NCBI GenBank assembly: GCA_964057225.1
Contig: OZ059894.1
Coordinates: forward strand, 10,044,001 to 10,108,000
Length of the DNA stretch: 64,000 nt
Direction of reading: 5' to 3'
From: Auanema rhodensis
Taxonomy: Eukaryota > Animalia > Nematoda
The notes beneath the pieces were generated by a model. That model ran no database searches. It saw only the letters and a list, made by a program, of their open reading frames with translations, and was not told the origin of the DNA. Both the position numbers and the translations under genes were made by a program. Positions 39,271-50,619 of this stretch are shown here, in pieces (the stretch's first letter is position 1; each line of letters starts with the position of its first letter).

Positions 39271-40245
39271 CGAAAAGATGAAAGAGCAATGTATAGACAG
39301 TTTCAACATGTATCTTTACATAAATAAACTAATGCAAGGATGAAGATAAAGCAAGGTGATGAACGGAACAAGACAAGCAGTTCGGAAACATCTTTCGTTG
39401 AAATCATAACCACTTAACAATGAAAGAGATACGGTTTCATATCGGCCTCATAACCGGAGTGAGCTAGAAGTAGCTGCGATAGCCGGAGGGAAACAACCAG
39501 GATAGTGACGACAATAACGATTATCCTCAACAGCTTCAGACTTCTAGCGTTGAACCGGATGTTCCGGATGTATGGATATGTTGTATTGGGTGGGGAAGGT
39601 AGGTGAGGTGAGGTGAAAGGACGAGAACGATTGACTGAAAGACCGTAGAGAGATTCAAAAGAATAAAAGAACAGAAAGAGAGAGGGAGAGGAAGAGAGAG
39701 AAAGAGAATAAGAAAAAGAGAGAGAGAGAAAGGTAAAAGGAAAAGAGAGATTAGGCGAAAACGAGGATGAGTATGATGATCACCATCATTGACATCATCA
39801 TCATACATTTAGGACCACATGAAGAGGAGCGAAGGTCAGCAATGCTTTGCAGTAATCTGGTTAGAGCCAACAATCATCCAAAAACCCAAAAATGGTCAGT
39901 GGATTAGCACTTATCAGAGTGAAAGAGGAAAAGAAAAAAAATGAATTAATTGAATTAGAAAGGTCAAAACCCTTTATAATCATTTGTTAAAGATGAAGAC
40001 AAGGGGTAAGAGGGAGAGGAGAAACATTCACGACGATAGACGTATAGACACACAAAATAGATTGAATTAATGATAATTAGATTAGCATAATGGCAACATA
40101 TACAAAAATAAACATAGAAAAACAACAAATGTATATATATATAGTTAGACTTACCTCGTAATAAGACATCTGGATCATCATCCGTTGGACATGGATCAAT
40201 CTGTGAATCGTAGTGAGAAAATCGTCGTCGAAACCAGGATGACAT
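18623..40245 (-). CDS. uig-1: DH-PH Rho-family GEF, PLEKHG1/2/3 (Clg) subfamily, UIG-1-like, 954 aa long isoform
   Basis: 22 phase-consistent exons: 40245-40155, 31046-30896, 30841-30783, 30721-30625, 30522-30382, 30297-30223, 21861-21792, 21740-21625, 21555-21270, 21216-21146, 21077-20927, 20870-20694, 20636-20484, 20436-20181, 20128-20010, 19953-19852, 19806-19648, 19599-19498, 19451-19282, 19230-19161, 18921-18776, 18725-18623 (2865 nt). DH motifs ELLDTERSYVQDL, YISYCTNY and HALPLSAYLLKPVQRILKYHLFLE, followed by a PH domain ending EQKRIWMTELKRMMLDHY...IPEKTKQ, which is characteristic of PLEKHG1/3. The core (18623-21861) is firm; linkage of the upstream exons is inferred from phase and splice sites. 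Confidence 0.88.
25281..25316. repeat. (GGA)n microsatellite
   Basis: Directly visible; it produces the spurious poly-Pro ORF 25258-25500. Confidence 0.85.
26694..26722. repeat. (GAA)n microsatellite
   Basis: Directly visible. Confidence 0.9.
28821..28869. repeat. (CT)n microsatellite
   Basis: Directly visible. Confidence 0.95.
38191..38208 (+). other. Canonical G-quadruplex motif GGGAGGGGTGGGGTGGGG
   Basis: Four G3+ tracts with 1-nt loops, in intron 1 of the uig-1-like gene on its template strand. Confidence 0.6.
39205..39266. repeat. (GA)n microsatellite
   Basis: Directly visible. Confidence 0.95.
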
Positions 40246-41959
40246 CAGAAAATCAGCTGTTTCAGGACATTACAGGTAGTATATTTATTAATTTGAGGAT
40301 TTCTAACTACAAAAAAAAAGGTAAAATATAAGCATAAATTAGATAAGAAGAGTTCAAATAACGACGATGACTACGACAACGACCGACTATAACAGTATTA
40401 AAGATATGTTAGAGAGAGAAAAAGAGAGAGAGAGAGAGTAAGGTAAATTTAGAGAATTAAAGAAAAAAAGATGAGAAAGAGAAACAGTGGCAATGACAGA
40501 CAAAGGTTAAAGCAAACACATCAATATCAAAACAAAAACTTTAAAATAAAAAGTTAATTCTATATTAACTAAACACATATAATAATATAAAGTTAATAAT
40601 AAAGCAAAAGCCTAAAAAAAGGAAAAAAACAACCGATGATTGTAGAAATAAAAGGAAAAATGAAAAAAGAAATTAGCATAAACCTATCACAAACATGTCC
40701 AAATGAAAGCGCAGCTTGTTTGTAAATTATTGAAAAAAAAAGAAGAGGAAATAATAATATTTTAAATAAAAATATAAAATAAATAATAATAGTTTAATAT
40801 ATTGATTATATATATATATATAAATTGATTAATTGATTATATAAAGTATAAAATATATAAATATTGTGGATAATATTAGATAGATAGATAGATAGATAGA
40901 TATAGAAATATATGAATATAAAATGAATCATTTTTGAGAAATATATTCTTAACAATATAATTCATAATAGAATAAAAAATATTTTATATCAATATATATC
41001 GGATATATATATATATTTAGATATTGTATATATATATATATCGATTATTTAAAATTAAAATCTCAATGATGACATGAAATGAAATAAGAAAAGTAAAAGT
41101 TGAAGAATACTACAACTCATGTCTTCAAGATATTTCGATACAATTTCATTCCGGAAGTTGTTGGAGTTGCGTCGAAATCATGGTTGAGATTCTTAGACTT
41201 TCAGACAACAACATATTCAATCTTCTCATAAAACTCAAGTTGGTGTTAAAGCTTTAAAGTTGAGTGGGACTAAGAAATTTGATTATATTGATGAAAAGGA
41301 AAAAAATTGAGAGTTGAAAAATGAAGTAATAGATTCCATACTATTCTAAAAAAAAAAGAAAATAAAGAAAATGATGACAAAAAAATTATAAAAAAAATAT
41401 TTTTTTTAGAATTGATCAAAGAAAAAAAGAAAATGTATAAAGTACTTTGAACTTTAAGCGTTGGTTTTTTATGAAAAAATATGAACAAATAGGTATTTAG
41501 GTCGAATATAAATGGTTTTATAAAATATAACAGAACTGTGTATGTTTCAAAATAAAATAATTTTAGAAATAGAATATGATGACGTGAGTTGTTGCTTGGT
41601 TAGTTGAATAGGTTGTTGAATTAAGTAGAAAGGGTGAGAGGAAGGAGATGGAAACTCCATTAGTTTTAGGTAAAGAAACTGTATTGAGATTGATTATTAA
41701 CGTATATAGAAGGCGATACATTTATTATATGCTTAGTTAAAGAGAGAAAAAGAAAAGAAAAGAGAGAGAGAAAGTGAGAGAAAAGAGAAAGATCTTAGAA
41801 AATGAAGAGAATATAGAGAAAACATATTCTCTTATAAAGTTAGTTTAACTAACTATCTTCTGAATACAAACAAACTTTGTTCGTAAAAGGATAAATATGC
41901 CATCGGAAGATTTGAAATGAGTGAGAGAAGAGAAAGGGATGTGATGCTCATCTAAGGTC

Positions 41960-42430
41960 AAAAGACTGTCGTGACCCATTAACTACAGCGTTGGCAACAT
42001 GACGCATAGTCAATGTCCTGAGTCTGAGGGCAGCCGACGAGATCGTGCTGCTGATGCTGATCATTGTCCCGTTAAGCAGTCGGTCAATCGGCGTGCGTGT
42101 GTATCTGTCTGCTGGTGAATAAAGCTGAGCAGATACGGACGATCTGTAAGAAGTGCTGGATGGATGTGAGCAATGTCTGCTGCAGGCTGGCTGCTGGGCT
42201 GGGAGGACAGATCGGCATCTTGTACTACAGGAGAGGATGAGAGAAGCAGTAGCAATTGATGAAGAGAAATAGATAGATGGAAGAAGAGAGCTACTGACCT
42301 CAGATGGCCAAAAATGGTCCGAATGGATTAAAAAGAAAAGAAAAGAGACCAGATGACGTCGTGTTAGCTGTCATCGTTTAGTTAGAAACAGTCTGCTCGA
42401 ATATAATAAATGATTGAACGATCTGTAACT
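41960..42430 (-). promoter_or_regulatory. GC-rich island, putative distal promoter/enhancer of the uig-1-like gene
   Basis: About 50% GC in an AT-rich background, roughly 2 kb upstream of the first coding exon and just left of a GA-to-CT skew flip. Three CGATCTGT/ACAGATCG copies at 42140, 42207 and 42419. Confidence 0.45.
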
Positions 42431-43393
42431 ATAAAATGAATAATAAGGACAAATATCTAAAATAATAGAGAAATATAGTATGAATACAGAATTTTACATA
42501 AAACTCTCTCTCTCTTTCTCTGTGTATGTGTGGGGCTTTCTCTTTATAGATCAACCTTCTTTACCCTTTATCCAACTCTCTATCTCTATCTCGTTCTCAG
42601 TTTAATTTATTAATTTTTTGTTAATTATACAAAAGATTTGACAGAAATAAACTAATTATTTCATACTATCTATCAATCAATCAACTCATTTTTCAATTAT
42701 ATTTTAATTTCAGCAGCAAATAACATATGAAATACTGGAAAAGCCTCGAGACAATGATGCTTTCCAACCTTTTGCGCCTTGTAATTCCTTTGGTTTTCAC
42801 ATCAAAAGGATTTTTTATTTATGTTTCGGCACGCTTTCATTCTTCTATTTTCTGATGTTTCGTCGAAAAAAAAAAGTTTTTTTTCTTCATAAAAATTGCT
42901 CGAAAAGTTTTTGTTCTTCCCATTTGCAAACAGATCTTGGCACAAGCTTCAACAAGCTTGTATGATCAGTATTGAAATGGAAAATAGTATGAGAAATGAA
43001 GAGAAATTAGAGAATTGAAGATGATCAGTTAGAACGTCTGGCTTCATTTTCCGGGCGACATCAATCACACCTCACTGACGTTGGAACAGAAATAATGAAT
43101 ATTTTAAAGTAAAGAAAGAACATCAGATATTAGTGTTTAAACAAAATAAATAGTTGTATACAATTCAATAAGATAATTAATAAAAAAAATCTTTTTATTA
43201 ATTATATTTTAACTATATGTATATAGATAGATAGATAGATAGATAGGTTTATGTACTATAAAGAAAATGTTACAATTCTTCATTGAAGATTAAGATAAAG
43301 GAAAGTATTTAAAATTAAAAAAAAAAGGAAAAAGAAGAAGAAGAAGTTGTGATGAAGATGAAATGAGTAATAGAAGTAATATGAAAAAGTAAC

Positions 43394-43397
<4 letters not shown>

Positions 43398-43433
<36 letters not shown>
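43398..43433. repeat. (GA)n microsatellite
   Basis: Directly visible. Confidence 0.95.
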
Positions 43434-43437
<4 letters not shown>

Positions 43438-46400
43438 GATACAACCGCATAGTTAAGCTGAATTAATGATTTTCACGTAAATTATAACAATTTCACGTAC
43501 AACTAATATATGAATGTATATTCTAATTACATCATAGAAATACATATCTATCTATCTAACTATATATGAATAGTTAATGTATAATATAATCTATATCTAT
43601 ATATACTATATATATATATAGAGAATAGAAGTACATAATTTACATAATGGTCATCTGACCCGAATTCACTCAACTGCCTCAAAATGGTTTCAAATGGTTT
43701 GGGTGGCATTGAAGCCGAATACGGAAATGACATCAAATAAGATACTTGTGAGATGAAATATAAAAGTAATTTCATTTTATTCTTAACTAAAATTGTATAA
43801 TTAGAATAGTTAAATATATAATTAAATATTAGGAAGAAGCTGAATCTGAACTGATGAACACTGTAGATGCTTAACTGAGGAAATTAAGAATATTACATCG
43901 ATGAATTATACAATTTTCAGTAAAAATTGAATAATTTTGTGCAAATTTTGAATAAAAAATTATTAAAAAAAAAGAAAAGAAGCAAACATACCAACTAAGG
44001 CAAACATGAAGTATGTCTGTTGTACGTGGAGTTGAAGTGATTACTTCCTTGTCAGCTACTGGAAAAATAGTGAAAATGCAGCAATTTGTTGAGTGCAAAC
44101 GCTAATGTTCGAGAGAAGCCTTTTTTTGAAAAAAAAAAGAAAAGAAAAGAAAGAAGTTTGAGTAGTTTTTATAACTGATAAATAGAATGATGACAGAAGC
44201 AGAAATGAGGGTGAAGAATGAAAAGATATGTGAGTTGAAACAGTTGTGGAAAAAAATGTTGGAAAAGAGATAGAAGTAATGAATGTTGAACGGCAGAAAA
44301 ATGGCGAAAAAGTGCAAAAGCCACGGTGAGCTTGATTAATAGATCGAATAGATTGTGATTCTTAATCAGGCTCTTTCTTCTTTCTCACATATTGTACAAG
44401 AGATAGAGCATTTTGAAACTAAAAATGACAACAGATTGTACAAACTTCAAAGAGGTGATGCGAACAGAAAAATCGAAATGAAGAAATTGAGAAAAGAAAT
44501 TAGTAGTACAATTGAAAAAGATGTTTCTTTACGATGATAAAGAAATAGCTTTTGCTTTTCTTTTTTTTGAAAATTGAAACATTCTGGTGCAAAGTTGATG
44601 GAGTTAAGGAAGCTACAGGGTATAATAGAATTGAATGGTCAGCATTTTGAATGATTTGTTTGTTGGCCAAGCAATCGAAAGTCTATCAGGTCAACAAAGC
44701 AAAACCAATTTATATGATATAGTTATGATAATAAACGATAAAAAGTCTATCAGTCGTTGTTATAAAGAGAATAATTACAAGTAAGTTTGAGAACGTCTTC
44801 TCATACTTGTACTCCCACTTTCTTTCTTTCTCTCTCTCTATCTATCTTTGTCTCTCATACTCTCTCTTTCTCTCAACTCATATTTCACCTCAGATACTAT
44901 TATATAGTATTATATTTATTATATGAGGGCAGGTTTTAGCAGTAATTGCCGGGACAAGAAGAAGGAAAAACTTTTTTCCAACTTAGTCACCGGATTTTAG
45001 GCAAAATACGCAAAAAAAAAGTTTTTTTTTAAAACTAAAATGCTATAAATGCTATTGGCATCATATAGCATACGTGTGGTTAACGATGACGTGATTTTGA
45101 AAAACCATGAAGACAGATTGATCGAGAGAATGACGAATTTCAGCTTAAAAGGGAGAGAATTGGGAAAAAGAGAGAAAGAAATATAACTAAATACGGAGAT
45201 AGTAGAAAAGATAGAAAATCCACAACCGGTATTCGTGATCCATAGGTTCAGGACAATTTTCGGATTAATATCAGATGGCATTCTGTGAATCGGATGGAAC
45301 ATTGGCTGATCGCTACGAAGAACATAGACGTACATACACATAACCACATGATACAGATTAAGAATACAAAGTTAATTTTTCTTTTTTTATTTCAAAAAAT
45401 CGTTGAGATGATTGGACGATTGGACCAGTTGAGCCTAAACTCAAAGGGCTAAGCTCGAATCAAAATGACATCATAGTTGAGACGTTCATAACGACGTTAC
45501 GAGAACAACCTTCAATCTCATCTCCGAATAAGGATTGTAAGTGTGCGTGTGTGACTGTTCACGCTGTTTCTTCATGAAAAGTGAGGTGAATCAACATAGT
45601 TCTGACCTAGCGTGATAGACATTGACATCAGTTGAAACTGAAGACGGGATATGGAAAGAGAAAGGGAGAGATATGCAGGAGAGAAAGAGACGAGAGTATG
45701 AGGTATGCATGTATATAGCTTCATGACCATATGGCCATCATTCTCCGTATTTCAAACGAAAATATTATAACTCAATTCAGTTATAATACATATATGTATA
45801 AAACAAATGGTTATATATAGTATAATATGTATTTACAAATAATTGTTATGGCAATTTAATTTTGTTTTTTGGTTGAAAGTTTCAAATAAAATATATTCGA
45901 GCCAAATTCACTTACATAGTTAGTAAATCAAATAAAAAAAATTGCAAATAATGTATGTGCAAGCTGGTGTTGGATAGGCTTTGATCAAATAAATAGACAG
46001 GTGGTTTTAGGATATACCAAGGTCAGCCAGGTAACTGCTAATTGGTTTTTGTCTGAGCTTTTCAAGCTGAACAGTAGCCTGTTTTCTCTCTCTCTCTCTC
46101 TTTCATATATATATGGGATATGACATGAAAATTTGAATAATAATGTAGTATAAAGACAATTTTTGAAAGAAATAGGATGACAGGCTTGATGTTTGTAGAA
46201 GATGTTATGTAGTATAATATAGTTAATAGGCAGTGTCTTGTAGAGAGAGAGAGAGAGAGAAATGAAGGAGAAGGAAGGAAAAACACGAAAAGCTGTTTCC
46301 TCATCAAAGGTCATTCTACTAAGATAACCATGTAAATTGGAAACAGTAGTCTGACCTTTAATTGAACAGAGAGAGAGTGAGAAAGAGAGAGAGAGAGAGA

Positions 46401-47858
46401 GAGGGAGAAAGAGAGAGAGAGGGGGGAGGGAATGAATGAAAGGTATGTTTAAGATAGATTTATACTAGTTCAAGACAAAAGTTTCATGAATATGAGGTCA
46501 AAATGAAAGTAAAGAAAGTAAGTAAGTAAGTAGTTAGTATAAGAATATTGTTATAATTAACTATATGAATATAGTATAGTTCTAAATAATATATTAAAAA
46601 CTTTAAAATGAAAATAACAATATATGTTTGTAAAGTATATCATAAACATTTGCTTTACAATTGATTTTAAGAATTTCAAATGTTAAATTATCTGTGTACT
46701 TGTCAGATTTATTCAGTTTTAAGACTTTGTTATAATAAATATGTGAAATAATTTATAAATTTTCTGCCTTAAGGTTTTTTGTAAATATTAAAAATATATT
46801 TATATAGATAAATATAGATAAATAGATAGATATATAAATCTTTTTATCTATTAAAAGACTACAGATTATAATTGTTTTTCATAATTTCTATTATGATTTA
46901 TGTTTTAGTGGGTTGATGGAATGAAGGAATGAGGTATAATAATGAAATGAAATAGTTTTTACTATATAAACTATTCAAAGTTGATAAGAAAGACGAAGAG
47001 GGTAGACAGATTATAGTTAAGAAAATATAGTTAATGATTGATGTTATTATATAATTTTAAAATAAATGATTATAATATTGAATATTATATATATTTATAG
47101 GAAATGTTTTTCATTTACTTCTTCTAAAACAAATATTTATTAATTTCTTTTTAGTTATAAAATAATAAGAAAAACATGAATATGCTTTAAGAAAGTTTCA
47201 AGCTTGTGAATAAGTTGCTTTGCTTGATTCTTCTGTTATGTATATACATATAGTATTCTTCTTCTTCTTCTCTATATATCCTTCAAATTTTAATAAACAG
47301 TTTATAAACATACGCATAAATTATTACAAAATATGGGATTAATTCAAGTATATAGTTTTATTTGTTTACACAATATTTTGAAACATTTAAATTTCGTTTT
47401 TATTTAAATTCATGAAAAAATAATTTAAATGAAAATAAACTTCACGTGAACTTCGCATAATTTTCACGTATTTTCCACGTAATTTTTGAAACTCAGAAGT
47501 AGTGTTGAAAAATTAAATAATTTTAAATAATTCATAATTAACATAATTATAATGATTGTTGTTGTTATTAGATACATGTTCACCACCCATATGTGATACG
47601 TGGAATTTATGTTTTATATGAAAGTTGCAAGCAATCTTAACGTTCCCTGATCTTGTATTTATCAAATAAATAACATTGTATATTAAAAGTTTATGAGAAA
47701 AAAAAAGAAAAAACCCGCATTGATAATGAAAACGATCAAAAAAAAACGAAAAAAAGATGCATAACACATAGAAATGAGGAAGACATGAGTGAAGAAAAAA
47801 AGGAAAACGTTTTAAAAAGAAAGAAAAAGGTGGCAAATGAGAAAAGATGATTTCGGTT

Positions 47859-50619
47859 TTAAACATCAACGGCAATTATTTTCGTTTTTGTATAAAAGAA
47901 ATCTTGAATATCTTTACGTATAACTGGATTACATCCATAGTATATAAGTATACGTATAGCTGATGTAAACATATAAACAAATGATACCATATCAGAGAAA
48001 AATGTATGAAATGTTGATGATTTTAGATGATCTTCTTCATCAATTAATAAAGGATGTTGAGTTCTAAAATTAATTTTATATATTATATAAATAGCTATAA
48101 ACTATATATATTACCTTTCCAATATAGTTAAGACTAGGTGAAGAGTATTAGAGAAAAGATAACTGAATACGATTGCTGCCATTGTGTATATAGCACTTCG
48201 TACACTATCACTCATGGTTCGAAGAGGATGTAAGTTAACAAGTGCTGAGAGTTTACCTGAAACAATTCTTTCAAAAAAAATATTTTTTCTAAATTCATGA
48301 AGAAAAGATTGAAGGGACGGGAGGGGGGGGTGGAGACGGTGGATGGTGAATGATGGCTTTTTCGGTGCTCGTATATTGACTTTCAAATCCAAAAAGTTGA
48401 AAAAAAGCTTAAAAATCCTTAAGAGTTGCCAATTCATTTTTATTCATGTACCGTAATGTACGAATAGGCCATTCGGACATTCTAATTTTTCTTTTTTCCC
48501 CACCTCTTTCTCTCTTTCTCTCTTTCTCTCCTTCTCTCTCACTCTTTTTCTCTTTTCTCATTTGAAAACCCGGAAATGCAAGGGTTTCATACAAAAAAAA
48601 GTTTTTTTTTCTATTCATTTCACTGCAAAACATATGATGGAATAAGGAAGTAGCTTTGCATCATCATCATGCAAAGCCTTTTTCTAATAAAATGGTCAAA
48701 GATATACGTGGTGAATCCTCAAGAAGTAGATGTTTTTGAGCTGATTGAGATGGTGGTGGAGGAGTACTACATATGCTTATATCATCAGCTGGTGTCTCAT
48801 TCTTCTCACAGAATTTTTTGACAATAATCTAAATAAAATAATCAATATATATAATAATAATCAATATAGTTAATACCAAATTAAGCATAATTAACATGAA
48901 AAATGGAATACATGTCTGTGCTACAGTCATTATATCAAAATCAAAAAATTCATAGAATGTACTTTGGCTGACCCAACTTCTATAAAGTGCATTGATAAAT
49001 GAATTTTTCTGGCAAAATGCCAACAAACCTAGGCTGCGTGGTAAGTGTCCGGAAGAAATCATCACAATGTGGATATGATCCCACTTCCATAGCAATTGCT
49101 GTAGGTAATCGTAGTAAGCAGCAGATTGTCATAGTGACGATAACTGTCCAATAACGTCCAGACGTTGAATATAGGCTTTTCAAGTATTTGTTTTTACTAA
49201 AAATATAATTAACTATATGATCAAATTATTATTATTATTATTATTAGTTTGGAATTATTATTATTATTATTATTGACAAAAACAAAACAAAAAAATGTTT
49301 GATAGTTGGGAAACCCGTGTGAGAAAAATGACGAAAATTAGAAGTAGATAGATGAAGATGAGATAACGCAAACATATTTTTGGGACGAAATGAGATATCT
49401 CCAACAAAAAAATATTTAATAAAAAAATTAATATATTACTTACATCTTTCCATATGTCCAAACAAGTCGTTCTAGGGTAGCAAAGATGAGCATGTATGGA
49501 ATAGCCAGTTGAGTTATACGGCTCAGCACATAAGCAGGAATTATATATACATAATATAGAGTAAATAAGCTCTGAAATAAGAAAAAAAAGTTTTGTATCT
49601 CATTATTTCTCTCTCTCTCTATCTCTATCTCTCTTAATTCCAACTCTTTTACCTCTATTTTGACGTAACTGACTATAGCATCCACACCAAATAGAAGAAT
49701 ATATTCAAAGCAAATTGCTAGATCAAGTATAGCTAATACGGTTGGATAAAGTGTTGCTGGTGTTGTTTTAGACTGAAATAAGCTATCAATTACCTCTTTT
49801 TCTTCATTTCATATCCCCAAAAGGAATAAAAAGTTATTTATAATATCTTCTTATCTTACGTATTTCCTCTTTTCTTCGTCCGTTTCATCTCATCTTTTAT
49901 TTTTGTTCGAACGGACAAAAATCAAATTTTTTTTTTCTTTTTTTTTGTTAAAAAAATCAGTAAAATGACTACCTTCTTCGTACAAAATATATAAACAAGA
50001 ATAGCATTAGCGATTGTTCCTAGTGTAGCTATTAAAGTAGCCATTATAATATAAATAAATCGTCCAAGACTATATGTTTCATACTGAAATAATATATTTT
50101 AATTTCATTTGTACATATAATATATAGAATAATAATAATAATCATTATTATTATTATTTATTTTTCATTTTTAGTTCCAAAACAAAAATACAAAAATTCT
50201 GTATTTTAACTTAGAATATCGACATTTTTTCTCCCAAAAATGTTCGTTCTCGTGGATAATTAGAGAAAAAAAAGTTTTTTTTTTGTCTAAGCAGTAATTA
50301 ACTAAAATACTAATTAGCATAATCTGAAATAAGAACATCTTGTTCACGTAAAACACGTAACATGTAAGAATTTCATTTACATGTTGCTGAGACGACGATG
50401 CGGTTGGTGTGCTCTCGTTCGACACATTTTGTTTTTTAATTTTCAAATTTTGAATGTCTTTGTTGGCTATGTTTATCAAGCTTATGCTTAGACTAATTAC
50501 AACTAATTGTTTATAATTATAAAAAAAATTTTAAAAGAATAAGAAATTACCTGAGCACAGAGTGTCTCGTCAAGACTTGCTGAAACTGTATATGAATCTG
50601 ATAAATCAGATGAATTCAT
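47859..50619 (-). CDS. Orphan rhodopsin-like (peptide-receptor/Srw-like) nematode 7TM GPCR, 388 aa
   Basis: Phase-consistent exons 50619-50551, 50083-49973, 49772-49653, 49571-49444, 49196-49029, 48979-48877, 48828-48708, 48256-48115, 48063-47859 (1167 nt). TM1 GTIANAIL, TM2 LAILDLAIC, TM3 end ATLERL (DRY equivalent), TM4 LRLP, extracellular loop 2 Cys (YPHC), TM5 IPFFMLIMLN, TM7 IYYGCNPVIR. N-terminal NSS sequon. Confidence 0.9.

Noticed and set aside
46168-46183. miR-34-like AGGCAGTGTCTT
   Set aside because: It diverges after 12 nt into a (GA)n tract and has no complementary arm.
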